A stretch of DNA of 64,000 nt, from assembly GCA_012295275.1 (NCBI GenBank), contig CM022672.1, forward strand, positions 29,822,001 through 29,886,000, in the 5' to 3' direction. The notes under the pieces are model-generated. The model was given only the letters and a program-made list of their open reading frames with translations, was not told where the DNA came from and ran no database searches. Both the position numbers and the translations under genes were made by a program. The DNA comes from Chrysomallon squamiferum. Taxonomy: Eukaryota; Animalia; Mollusca. Positions 27,654-47,314 of the stretch are shown one piece after another (positions within the stretch are counted from its first letter, which is position 1; every line of letters begins with the position of its first letter).

Positions 27654-27775
27654 AATATACACTTGTTAAGCAGATCATATAAATATTTAAGAAAGCAATT
27701 TCACACTGGTGTGTCATTTTGAAATTATTTAGAAAGATAAGTAACTGTGTAATGAAGATTGGAATTTATGACAAA

Positions 27776-28096
27776 ATTGTACCGAGTACTCGTTACCCAC
27801 TATGCTGTTAATTACTGATGAGTGAGTTCGATAAGGTCATTTGCGCTGTTTCATTGTTATTTTATTTTATTTCATTTTATTTCATTTCATTTTATTTTAT
27901 TTTTTTTGTTTTTTTTTTGTTATTATGTTCATTTTTTTGATGATGTTTCCATTTAATACAGAACATTTAATATATATTATACTGATACAGTTAGTGAGGT
28001 TGTGTAATACAAATCGCTATTTGAAAAAAGAAATAAAACAGGCCTGAAATAAATAAATTAATTAAAAAAAAAAGTAACTATTTTTTATTTGAATTT
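27776..28096. repeat. Diverged copy of the U2 3'-flank spacer
   Basis: Similar to 19245-19538 (gagtactcgtta...aagtaactatttt...tttgaattt). Confidence 0.85.
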
Positions 28097-28097
28097 G

Positions 28098-28860
28098 AAA
28101 ACACCAGTGTTTTAAGAATTTCTCTCTTCTGTTGGGCTGTTCTAATGCGGCAAAGTATTCAATTTCAGCTCCTGAATATACTAAGTGTTTAAAAAGTATC
28201 ATTTCTTTCCCTGTCTTATCTCCCTCTGATAATTTTCGTGTAGTCCAAATTACCAGAGAAAAGTCCCTAAATTCGATGCATCGTTTCCAGGTTTGTGTTT
28301 AATTCGAAAAATCATTCTATATGGATTTAGTTTGAACTTGGTGCCAAAAAGTGTTTTATAAAAGGGTTCAATACGTTTAATAAATGATTTAGTTTTGCAC
28401 CTGTGAAAAAAAAGCATGCAAGACCGAGTCCATCGCGACGCACACTAGGCATTGTGGAGTTGGCTCAATCTTCCAGTCATAAAGATGTTTTCTAACTGCA
28501 ACAACATGTCTAATCATTTTATAAATTAAATCATAATTATTATTTTCAATTAGGCCGGAGTTTAATTTCTGCCAGACATTTTTCCAATTTATGCTTTCAG
28601 TGAAAATGGTTTCCCATCTGATCTTAAAGGATGCATCTTTGTAAGTTCGTAAGAACAAAACCGTGTATACGTCTTTCGTTGTCGCAAGTGTCACGTCTTT
28701 TTTTGTATCAGCGACGGTGATACAGAAGATGGCGTCTAAGTCTCCGTCAAAAGGTTTATCAGTCATTAATGTCCTTAATACCGGTCGTGGAAAGTTGTCT
28801 TGTATGTCTTTTAGTTCACAATAAAAAAGTTTTCTTGCCACGAAGGTTTCAATGTACATT
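28098..28860 (-). mobile_element. L1/Tx1-type non-LTR retrotransposon ORF2 C-terminal fragment (zf-RVT / CCHC region), truncated at both ends
   Basis: INWKNVWQKL...YKMIRHVVAVRKHLYDWKIEPTPQCLVC...DSVLHAFF, frameshift, then CKTK...IWTTR...FLKHWC. Confidence 0.85.
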
Positions 28861-28940
28861 ATAGATTTTTGTATTCATATTATGTAAGCATAGCAATAAT
28901 AATAATCCATAATTGGTAACAGATAGCAAACATTTTTTTT

Positions 28941-29056
28941 AGTATTTTCTCTGAGGCCAGTGATACACGTGTATTGTCTGTCATTCCAGAAACGTTTGCT
29001 ATCTAATTACGGAATGTCGATACACATTAAACCCTTGACATTAGATTTCACCTCAG
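28941..29056 (-). repeat. Inverted, diverged fragment of the U1 downstream spacer
   Basis: Reverse complement of ~18270-18385 (ttctctgaggcc-gtgatacacgtgtattgtc-gtcattccagaaacgtttgctatctaatt). Confidence 0.85.
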
Positions 29057-29315
29057 ATTGGTATTGTGTGTCATTTTTCATTTGTATCCCTGAAAAACGT
29101 GTTTATTATTATTTTTTTTTTTTTTACTGATTTATTTATTATTAAATAGAAAGAGTCTACAGAACTAGCACAATTATTTGACCCAAATGTATCCAGTATC
29201 TGGATAAATGTGGCTGCTGTGTAAGTGTGTGTGTCCAAGAAATGTTTTGTACTAATATATATACATACATATATATAAATATATATATATTGTTTATAGT
29301 TCTGTTTGTTTGTCG

Positions 29316-29366
<51 letters not shown>

Positions 29367-30613
29367 TCCCCTCCCTAGTCTCTATGACCAAGTTTATTAG
29401 AATCAGAGTACAAATTAAGACTGCTATTGTTATGCAGTCGTGATGTCATCAGGTTTAGGCCGGATAGATTTGCTCTGACCTTTAGAAAGTAAAGTTTCTT
29501 GTTCTCTGAAACAAATAAAACTCAGAGTGTGTCACGCACTCATAAACTCTCGAAAATGGCATTTTAAATGAAGTAATAATTTGAAAGTGTAAAGATTTTT
29601 ACTAGGCCATGTATTCGTAACACCGAAGTGGGCATAAATAAGTAAATAAATAAATACTTTTGAACTTCGAGGTGAGTTTTGTTTCATCGATTCTTTGGTT
29701 TGTTTATCAAGTATCGACTGTCTACTGGGACGCTGATGAAGTAATCAATGACGTCTAAGATTTTTTGCTCTGACATGTAACCAGTAGAATCACAATAAAA
29801 ATAAATGAACCATAAACAGATCTGTCTTTCTTATATATATTTTATTGAACCTTCCATTCTTTTATTTGTAAATCATTAGAGGAAATGATTTGACTGTTTT
29901 TTTCCTGGCACTGTAAACATTTTGCAAAGATGTTGTTTATACTGGTAAGGTAATTAAATACGATCCTGCTTGAATTCATATTTTTTTTTAAAAAAAAAAA
30001 AAAAAAATAGAGAAAGAATCGGAAATATCGCTATTGTTCTGTACATTGTTCGTAAAATAAAATATTTATTACAACTGTCTACAAGTTACCTTCGTTGCAC
30101 AGGTTGCTAGCTTGTTTTAACTGTTTGCAATCTAAAATACTTTAATGTGTCCATAATTTGCTATTTACAACTATTCACAGTCAACTCTCTAACTGGCATT
30201 ATCTAGTTCAATGATTCACGATTCAGCTCAAACTTATTTTAATGTCCTGTACATTTCTGTTTTTAACTATTAATACTCAGTTGTTTAAATAGCATATTCT
30301 TAAAGTGCATCAGTGGCCGTTAGAATAAATGGTCTAATAAACGTATTTACATTTCGATGATGTTATTTTATTCTTTTGAATGACCTATGATCGCTTACTG
30401 CAAAGCATGACGGTAAAATAATAGTGTAACAATCAATCCCGCCATTTTACCAGTTTGCAACTGACGTCATAATTTCACCTTCGTCAGAGAGAACTTGGGG
30501 AGACAACTATGTTTTCTTACACAAGAAGAAACTTCGTTAATCTGTTTCCAATAAATCAGTCTCTAGACGGATTCTTTCTATCGCAGATTCCGGACAAAGT
30601 TTTTAAGAAATAA

Positions 30614-30700
<87 letters not shown>

Positions 30701-31077
30701 GTGTGTGTTTATTATTTTATTTATTTATCTATTTATTTATCTATTTATTCGTTCACTTATTTGTTATTATTTATTTAACTAGATGTTTATTATCGTCATT
30801 GTTGATTTTCTTGTTTTATTTAATTATCTCTGGTATTCTTTTTCCTTCATTTTTCTCTTGCTTTGTTGTTTCTCTTTTGTGTTTTGTGGAGTTTTTATGT
30901 TGTGTTTGTTTTATTTTATTTTACTTCTGTATTTATATATTTCTCTTCCTTTAATTTTCTTCCATTTATTTATTGATTTATCTTTTTCTTATCGTTCATT
31001 TTGTTTCTTTTCGTACTTAAAACTAATTTAGCTTATTTATATTTACTTTATTAGAAAATTTCTTCAATTTTTTAAAT

Positions 31078-31167
<90 letters not shown>

Positions 31168-31240
31168 TTTAAAATATTTATGGTTGTGTCTACATTGACC
31201 GTATATTTCAGAAATGAAACTGTTTTAATATTCGTTACAG

Positions 31241-31286
31241 ATGATTAGATATATCAGTCTTGGATTTATGTTCGTCTTGTTTCAAG
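31241..31286 (+). CDS. Extra copy of the signal-peptide exon (MIRYISLGFMFVLFQ); alternative or orphan first coding exon
   Basis: ttacAG|ATG...CAAG|GTAAGT, 46 nt, phase 1, near-identical to 36498-36543. Confidence 0.55.
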
Positions 31287-31385
31287 GTAAGTAATAAATT
31301 AATTTTAAGTTAAAAATGAAATTTGCAGATTTTCATTGTGTCGTAAATTCCAAGTATCTATTAATATGTTAATATTAATAATTTA

Positions 31386-31416
<31 letters not shown>

Positions 31417-31972
31417 AAAATTAGTATATTACTCTTACATTGCTCAATATAACAAATAGCCTATGTTATAATGTTAATATGCAAATGATAATTTCTTTTT
31501 ATGTAAACATTAGCAAAACTGTAAAGTTTAATGAACACATGGCAGTTATCATCTATGGTAACAAAAAATTAATGAATGTTTGGCGCCATTTTAAAAATTA
31601 TCTGCTGGCTCTGACGCTAGGTCACCTATAACGATATAAAATTATTTTCCGTCAGTTTCGTGTTACAGTTTAAATGCGGTCATGACATTTACGTAAGTCT
31701 AAGCATCACGAACGCCGGAAATATATCGATCTCTTCTTCTTCGAACATCGTGTGAAAATAAATCACAATTTTTTTCCACTCGATAATCTGTGTACAAACT
31801 CGCACGTTCCATAACGTCAGTATTTTCAAAAGACAGGAACCGTAATTCATCATGGAACCTGTCTGTAATGACCCCTGTATAAACGTGATTTCCAAGTCAA
31901 GGCGGATTATACGGGGTAAATGAGCTGATTTTTGCAATAACTATTCTGGAACTTCAGTGCATTATTTATTAT

Positions 31973-32005
<33 letters not shown>

Positions 32006-32399
32006 TATCCTAAGACCACTATTACTACTACTACTATACTACTACCACTACTACTACTAGTATTATGATTATCATTACTAATATTATTATTATTGCTTTT
32101 ACAACTATTGTTACTATTATTACAGTTATTATTACTACTACTACTACTATTATTATATTACTGTGACTGGTATTAGTGGTGTTGGTTTTGGTGTTGGGGT
32201 TGTTACACATTTTTACTGGTATCACATGTTACAAGCAGTGTCACTAATGTAAAACGACCCGTCTAATGGATAACTTAACAGAAAAGAATGCGAGGTCGTA
32301 ACCAACCCGTAAAACAACGAGTATCTTCTGCTGATTGGCACAAATCCTTATTTGGGCTGTAACATTCCCGCAGTGACTTTTAACCAATCAAAGGTAAAA

Positions 32400-33000
32400 C
32401 AACTCAAGAACTCATAGCGACGGATACAGACGCATTCGACGTTGTCACCTTGATCAGCAATCACGAGGTAATTTCGGAAAATGTGAATGTTGCCCGACAG
32501 TTCTTCTGCTTGGACATGACTCGCGAGTATTCAGACCACAGCAACACGTTGACGACGCTGAGTCCAAGGATGTTTTTGTACCATTCTGGCTGCAAAGGAG
32601 TCTGATAGTTTTATGCTTATGAATGACACCACGACTTGCTGCTGGAATAAAGGAAGGACGGTCGGGCTGATTCTGTTAACAGTGACCACTAAAGACTTCA
32701 CCTTTCCATACATTCCCTCTCACATTTTGACACACCTTCCACCACAAGGACGACCTCCTGAACCCAAAGAGTCGTCCCACTCGTTTTCTTCTTCTAAGGT
32801 AAACACGCCATCTTACATCAATTCTAAATAAACACAACCTGCTTTTATCAGTGAACAATACCCTCTGCCAGATGTTACGTCTGCAAACACCGGTCTTCAA
32901 GTTGCAGTGTCACTCTTGGTCTCTCTGTCCCTGTCTGATTGATGTCGTATTTCTCTTTCAGCTTACAGCACTGACGGGAACAAACAAAGATTCTCGTGAC
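32400..33000 (-). mobile_element. Degenerate Tc1-like DDE transposase remnant (unit A)
   Basis: WQRVLFTDKSRLCLFR.D.R.RVY.RR (compare VLFSDESRF...DGR.RVWRR), followed by VLPLFQQQ and NVLLW..YS; catalytic residues decayed. Confidence 0.8.
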
Positions 33001-33836
33001 AAAGGCAAAGACAGCTCCGACCTGTGCTAGACCAACGACTTCCTTGACGTTGGTCGGGTTCTCTTTCGTGGCAGTCTTTGTTGTGATTTTGTTCTCAATG
33101 TAGATGTCTGACGTGTTATACATTCTATGTCGTTTTCTATACACTAGCTTCATGTGTCATTACTGCTCTTCATAAAGCACCTACTTTTCATTTTTTCCCG
33201 CATTCTCATTATAACCGGCGTGACGTAGATAATTATTCTTCAAACACTGTTGCTACGTTTGGGCTTTGGGGTTCGCATTGATTAAATTTCAACTAGCTTT
33301 ACAGTTTTTCAAAAATTTCATTTATGCAGTGGAAAATATAGTTAGGCTATGTTCTGCGTGTGTGTGTATTTGTATACACACAAACACACACACAAACACA
33401 TACACACTCAGAAATGCTGTCATAGCAACAAAAAAAAAAAAAAAAACGATTATGGTTTTTATTCTCACATCGACAGTATCTATTTATTACAATATTTTAT
33501 AAACATCATTGAATTTACATAAATCTTTATTATCATGTTTACTCGAACTGCAAATTTCTATAGCATAGTGTTATTGAACTAGCTCAATGTACATGTAAGT
33601 TGTGAATGGATGACAAATACAAAGCAGAAACTGGCTGACACTCGTGTTTGACAGAGAAAGCAACCCAGAACAACTTGTACAAGCCGAGAGTAGGTGAAAC
33701 ATCGATGTAACGTATCACATAATTTGCATATAAAATATTTATCGCTGCTAATCAATAAGGAAGAACTGTTCCCTGATTTTGTAGCAAGTAATTACAACAC
33801 CATATATATCATTAAAATTTATCAAAGTGACTATTC

Positions 33837-33963
<127 letters not shown>

Positions 33964-35027
33964 CATTATTTTATAATGTTTAACATTTTATCCAGAATTC
34001 AAGTCTTTGTAACCCCCATTATAGTTCATATAAGATTATAATATTTTATCAATAATTTAAGTCTTTATAATTCCATGCGAATCCTCGAGTTTTTTGAGGA
34101 TCCTCTTTTATCTTAGTCTCATTAGTTAACATATTAACGCTAACACTCTCACGCTCAGACAAGCCAGAGTTTTGAAATCTAAGCCTGTGTTAGATGAGCA
34201 GCGACTTCCAGTATTGTCAGCCATATTTGAAATGATTAAACTGTATCTTTGCTGATACGAATAAACACTATAAATATAATCTGCATACATGTAGTCTTTG
34301 CGCCGCCATTTTACTCTTGCGTGACGTCACTGTATTTAGGCCAAACTGATTCATTCTAAATTTTCTTATAATTTCTTGGGTTGGGGCATATATTTATCAG
34401 TTCTCTGCATATACAATGACGTCATGAATACAATTTTGGAGGTGCAAAATTTATTTTCTGATTCTTCTACTAATAATATTAGTACACTACGGTCATGATA
34501 TATTTTCAAAGAAACAGCAGGAATAGGAATCGATCTGACGACCTATTATGCCCTGGACAAAGTGTTTGACTACGAATGTTAACGTTATTTGCATCTACTT
34601 GTACTGTACTGTATTGCTGAAACATTTTGCTTAGTGTTTATATTAAAACGTTATGTTGATGTTTACTTACCTGTCATGGATCAAATTGATCTAGACACAA
34701 GCATAGAAACGAGACGGTCTTCTATTATTATTGTTGTCTCAAACGTATTGTGTTCCTCTCTATAAAACCTGTTCCTCATCAATAAATTATGCTTACCAGA
34801 ACAAAAGAAATTAAAATGTTTATCTTGTCGTTATTTTAAAGAGGCTGTTATCGTCGAAATAGAAATGTTAAAAAGAAAAAAAAAAGAAAGAAAGAAAAAG
34901 TTAACGTCATTTTATACGTTGTGGTTTTTAACCATTCACGTCTAGAGCGCATGTGCACAGCATTTACACAATTGCTATTGTACACCATCAGTAATTATTT
35001 TATTATTATTATTATTATTATTATTTT

Positions 35028-35059
<32 letters not shown>

Positions 35060-35664
35060 TTTTATTATCCAATTTATTTTTATTTTTATCTTATTTTATT
35101 TTTGACGTCAAATACTAACGCTAACTTATGAAACAATTATTAGCACAAACCCAGGTCTGCATAGAGTATTTATACCAACAATAATATAACTGGTAAACAG
35201 GATTACAAAAAATACGTTAATGTCTCTATAACTGTACATCATATTAAAATTTACATATTAACTTCCGTGTTCAACTCCTGAGACTAACTCATAATTATGT
35301 AAGCAGGAAAATAACTGATGCTTCACAAAACTGAAGTAAATAAAATATTATTTTTATTATTGCTATTATTTGTTGTTTAATTAACACCGTGACAATATCG
35401 AATATCGATTCACGTCTTTTCATTGCTGTTGAAGATCATTAATTTTGTATTTTCATCGCATTAATCTTTTGTGTCATTTTAAAAATACTAAAAGTGAAAG
35501 AGCATGTTCTATTCATTATGAAATACTTTTGTCCAGAAGACTTATCAGGCTGTTTGTCATAATCTCTCTTAGCAACTATTGGACTCAGGTGAACGCAAAA
35601 ACTTATACGTGCTCCTAAGCGTGTACTGGATATATGCTATTACCTACGTATTATACGGTACGTT

Positions 35665-35814
<150 letters not shown>

Positions 35815-36334
35815 CTATCATCTCTCTTGGATCTATCTTCTCTCTTTCTCAAAAATATATATATATATATAAATATTTCTTTAATTATTTATTATTTATT
35901 CGTTCATTTATTCATTTATTTATTTATTAATTATTAAAAGCAGATGTGTATTATTATTGCTGTTGTTTTTGTTGTTTTATTTGATTATCTCTCGTTCCTT
36001 TTTCGCTCATAGATGTTTTTTTTTTTTTTTTTCTGTTAAAACAGATTTTATTTTGTTATTGTTTTTTTCAATATAATTTTTTAAGATCTCAATATATATA
36101 ACATTTACTTCTGTATTAATATATCTTTCTTTTCTTTAATTTTTTTTTCCTTTTATCGATCTATGTATCTATCTATCTATCTATCTGTCTGTCTGTCTAT
36201 CTATCTATTTATTTATCTATATGTCTTTCTTGTTTATCGTTAATTTTTATTTGTTTCTGCACTTAAAACTAATTTAGCTTATTTTTATTTACTTTATTAG
36301 AAAATTTCTTCCAATCTTTTTTAAATTCTATTCT

Positions 36335-36423
<89 letters not shown>

Positions 36424-36497
36424 ATTTAAACTATTTATGGTTGTCTCTACAATGACCGTATATTTCAGAAATGAAACTGTTTTAATATTCGTTACAG

Positions 36498-43228
<6,731 letters not shown>

Positions 43229-45164
43229 ACTTGTCAGTCAAATTAAATAAGAAATCAAAACTTTTCACTAGAAGCTTTTGGTAATCTCTCCAGTCTTGGA
43301 TCGAAGCTTATTCTGCGATTGTGCGAAATTTTGTTTCACTGCTTTTCAAGTTTCAACTTTTATTGTCAGCAAATACTTTTATTAATTATTTATTTATTTA
43401 TTTATGTTTAACTCTTTATTAAAATAACGCTGCTAGTCTAACTGTCACTTTAGAACAAAGCTGAATGTTCACTCTTTTCGTAAAACTTTATAAGGTTAGA
43501 AAGTTAAAAAAATAAATTACTTAATTAAAAAATAAGTATTAAATAACTAAAAATTAAATGTTATATATTCTACCACAACAAAGACCTTGAATATTATCAG
43601 TAGATATGCTCTAAGAACTCGTTTAGTTCACAAAATGAGCGAATTTCTGTCATTTGTCTGATTACGAACTATAACCACGATAAAATCTCCACAAACATTT
43701 CAAAACGTTCCAGTTATACTAAACTATTCGAAGATGAATTGTTCATACACTTTAAACCTTTACTATATTCCACGTATAACTAACATATCGATCCGTAGTA
43801 ATTTATATTCGCATCATTTGCTATCCCGAGTATCCTCTGGCGGAGAGCAGCTCAGGCGGACATTTTTCTGGATATCGCAGGTACTAGAAGAAACATGAGA
43901 TTTCTGTCATGACCGAGGTCGATTCAATCATGTTCGAATATTTCCGAATCGGTGATTTATGATAGGTTTCTATTTCTCAAAACCGGATTTATGAACGACT
44001 TACTTCGGTTTTCCTGTCGGTTTTCACGACAGAAAACTATCCTTTATAAAATCCTTACAAACTCATCAAACCACGTTCAATATAATCATTAATATACAAT
44101 TAATAATATCTTGTGCTTCAATTAATTCCTTTTATAATCCCGATGGAGGAATGTAATGCATTACTAAGTAGGAGAAATTAGATCACTGCCTATTTTCGGA
44201 ATTCCCTTTCGAAACTGTTTTGGTTACAAAACAAACTTTAGCTAATAATTTACTGGCCTGTTCATAGTGTTTCATAGCGTAGATGTTTTTGTTTGGTGTG
44301 TGTTTATTTTTTATTCTATTTTTTAGGTTTTTTTAGTTTTTTTTATTATTATTATTATTTTTTTTTTTTTTTTTTTATTTATTTTTTTGTTGTTGTTGTT
44401 GTTTTTGGTTTTAGTGTATGTGGTTTTTGTTTTGAGGGGCATTATATAATTTAAAGTTGATGAAGAAAATTCATAGTTTAAATTACTTTATATATTTAAA
44501 CTGTTAATTGTCTTTGTATAAACTTTTTTGTTTATATATTCAAGTGAAACGAGGAAGACTATCAGAAGTTCAAGTCTGTTCTCAGAAATGTAACACCTTT
44601 TGAGCGACATTGTATTTTGTGGTCTACTATGTAACTAGTAAAATGTAACTAGCGAAAATAAAGCACATGTTTCGATAAAACATCTGAAGACAATATTTTT
44701 GCGTAATTGAAATCAGAAAGTGTATCATACAAGTAACTCGGCTTTAAAATATATATCTAAACATCAATTTGTTTTGTGTCACAAATGTCGACTTGTGATG
44801 GTGTCCACGAAACAAAAACGCGATCCAGAATATTCCATAGAGCGAGGCATGTTCTGTGAACAAGTTTATTTCAGGTTTCCGTTGACGTCATTTCATGACG
44901 TAATGAAAAAGCCTAAGTATTTCGAACCTAAAAGTTGTTTCTTAGGGGTTGGAAATAATATACAATTAACGGTAATATGACAATAACAACAGCAGCAGCA
45001 ACAGTAATGACAACAACGTATTATTATTATTATTATTATTCTCATCATCATCATCATCATCTTTATAAAAGCAACAGCACATGGAGATATTAAAAAACAG
45101 GGGTTACAGGATTCATCAGATTGGCACAAAATAAGAGAGGAGATTCCTTTGATCTCTTCACCAT

Positions 45165-45765
45165 TGAAAGTAGCGTCAGGTACGAATTAATGTTGGGGAC
45201 TTGCATAGGATTAGGTTCAGAAGTTGAGCTAGTGTTACGGTTAAGGTTAGATTTAGGGTTAACTTTAGAGCGAGAGTTATCTAAATTTTAATACGAGTTT
45301 TATGATGAAGTCGAATATAATTTGAGGGTCTCGATTGGAAGTACCGTGAGGTTAAGAATTAATGCCTGGGACTTCGCTAGGATTAGGTTTAAGTTTCGGT
45401 TTAGCGTTAGCGTTAGGATCACGGTTAGCCTTAGAGCTAGTTATTTAAACTGTATTACGAGTGTTACAGTAATGTCCAAAATAATTTAAGGTCGCTATTG
45501 GAACTAACGTTAGGGTAAGAATTAATGTTGGCAACTTGCGTTGATTTATGTTTAGAATTTGAGACTGAGATAGGATTAATGTTAGGATTAGCGTTAGGGT
45601 TAGGTTTAGGACTAGAGTGAGGGTTATTTAAATTTTGTTACGAGAGTTATCATAATGATCAAAATAATTTGAATTTCACGATTGGATGTAGCATTCGGGT
45701 AGCATCAGATTATTTTCGGCAGCGTTATAACACTCGTAATACAATTTAGATAAGCATACCCTAAA
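45165..45765. repeat. About 3 copies of a ~165-175 bp repeat containing degenerate TTAGGG hexamers, plus an inverted partial copy
   Basis: GAATTAATG anchors at 45184, 45356, 45519; runs such as gttaggattagcgttagggttaggtttagg; 45705-45765 is the reverse complement of the unit tail. Confidence 0.75.
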
Positions 45766-45844
45766 ACCTTCGTCGCAAAGGACAACTCTGAAAATTAAAA
45801 GCTATTAAATGGCGACATCGTCCAGAAAAGTAAAATAATAACAA

Positions 45845-46672
45845 AACATGAAATAAAATGAAATAAACTAAAACAAAACTAAAATAAAACAGATTAGAAA
45901 CGATTACCTGCAATAAACAGAATCCAAACCTAAGTAAAGTGTATCAGAATAGATTTGATCTATTCCGGTATATTGCAATAAGAAACACATTACTATCATG
46001 AACATTTTATAATCCACTGAAAAGATTATTACTGGTGCAGAGGTGAGATTGAAACAATAGCTAAAAATGGTTTCCACAAACTAGCTCCAGTACAGCATGC
46101 TCGAAATATCGCTAAACGATTCAGTCGTAGGAACGGTACTCGGTCGTTAAGTGTGAAGTGTCTCCAAAGAAGAAATAAACGAATGAAATAAAGCGGAAGC
46201 TAACTCCGTAATGTGTACAAAACGCACAGAAGATCATATCCGTTAAAGCAACAATTTATTCAGTTTGATTTCGTTTTCTGGTTTCATGGTTGACAGTGTC
46301 TTCTCTGAGGCCCGTGATACACGTGTATTGTCGGTCATTCAAGAAACGTTTGCTATCTAATTGCGGAAAGTCGACAAAAATTAAACTGTTGACATGAGAT
46401 TTGACGTCACACTTAAAGGTATCAATCTGGAAGTTGGGCGAGTTTACACGAACAATACAAGGTAATCTACAGAGTTGATGATAAAGGCAAAACGTAAGCT
46501 TTTTTTTTCCATTTATCGTTGACAGTTAGAGCAATTCTCTAAACTGAAAGCAGCTAAAATTTCATGTTACAGCAGTATTGCATTGTTAATATGTAAGTGA
46601 ATGAGAGAAAGACGTTTTGCAGTACGGGCATTTTGAGAGGTTTTTAAGAAACTGTTTTTTGTTTTGAATTTT
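45845..46672 (-). repeat. Inverted orphan copy of the U1 downstream spacer
   Basis: Reverse complement of ~18002-18810, roughly 90-95% identical by eye. Confidence 0.95.
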
Positions 46673-46718
46673 CAGGGGTTAGCGCGAACGCAGACCACCG
46701 CACTAAAAAATTACATAC
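46673..46718 (-). pseudogene. RNU1: 3' fragment of U1 snRNA (nt ~120-165: Sm site and stem-loop IV)
   Basis: Minus strand GTATGTAATTTTTTAGTGCGGTGGTCTGCGTTCGCGCTAACCCCTG versus array GTACGTAATTTTTTAGTGTGGGGGTCTGCGTTCGCGCTAACCCCTG. Confidence 0.93.
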
Positions 46719-47314
46719 AAAAAGTAACCTGGTCTGCAGGCCTGGCCTAAAGAGCTGCAGATTGGGATGTCCAGGTCTAATTTTACTCATTGATATGTAA
46801 TGTCGAAAGCGTCATTACACGAGCCAATGACCGCTTCTACACACCAGTCTTTTAAGAACTTTTCTCTACTGTTAGGCCGTTCTAATGTTGCAATCTATTC
46901 ACTTTCAACCCTTGAATATACTAAGTGTTTAAAAAGTGTCATTTCTTTTCATGGCTTATCTCTTTAGTAATTTTCGTGTAGTCCTAATTACCCTTAGAGC
47001 TTTACACCAGAGAAAAATCCCTAAATTCGATCCATGGTTACCAGGTTTGTGTTTAATTCCAAAAATCATTCTATATGGATTTAGTTTGAACTTGGTGACG
47101 AAACGATTGTTAAAAATGGGTTCAATAAGTTTAATAATTGATTTAGTTTTGCACCAGTGAAAAAAGGCATGCAAGACCGAGTCACTGCGCACTGTGGAGT
47201 GGGCTGAATCTTCCACTCATAAAGATATTTTCTAACTGCAACAACATGTCTAATCATTTTATAAATTAAATCATAGTCATTATTTTCAATTAAACCAGAG
47301 TTTAATGACTGCCA
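46719..47314 (-). mobile_element. L1/Tx1-type retrotransposon 3' end (ORF2 C-terminus, stop at 46787-46789, ~68 nt 3' UTR) fused into U1
   Basis: DSVLHAFFHWCKTK...FLWCKALRVIRTTRK...EKFLKDWCVEAVIGSCNDAFDITYQ*; homologous to 28098-28575. Confidence 0.87.

Larger units (their letters stand above)
16810..27775. repeat. Tandem array of ~2.64 kb U2/U1 snDNA units (about 4.2 units)
   Basis: U1 starts at 17837, 20473, 23109, 25753; U2 starts at 17105, 19741, 22376, 25021, 27653 (periods 2632-2645). Spacers nearly identical apart from small indels. Confidence 0.98.

Noticed and set aside
28098-28110. A second independent target-site junction of the Tx1 element at the U2 3' flank
   Set aside because: The element lacks its last ~120 nt here, so this is a deletion fusion and not a retrotransposition 3' junction.
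34664-34673. TACTTACCTG as a U1 5' fragment (also ACTTACCTG at ~16612)
   Set aside because: No further U1 sequence follows; it is just the reverse complement of a donor consensus.
46673-46718. U1-L1 chimeric retrocopy or U1-headed SINE
   Set aside because: Such chimeras carry the U1 5' part upstream of the LINE 3' end. Here the U1 3' part lies downstream and continues into ~830 bp of genomic spacer.
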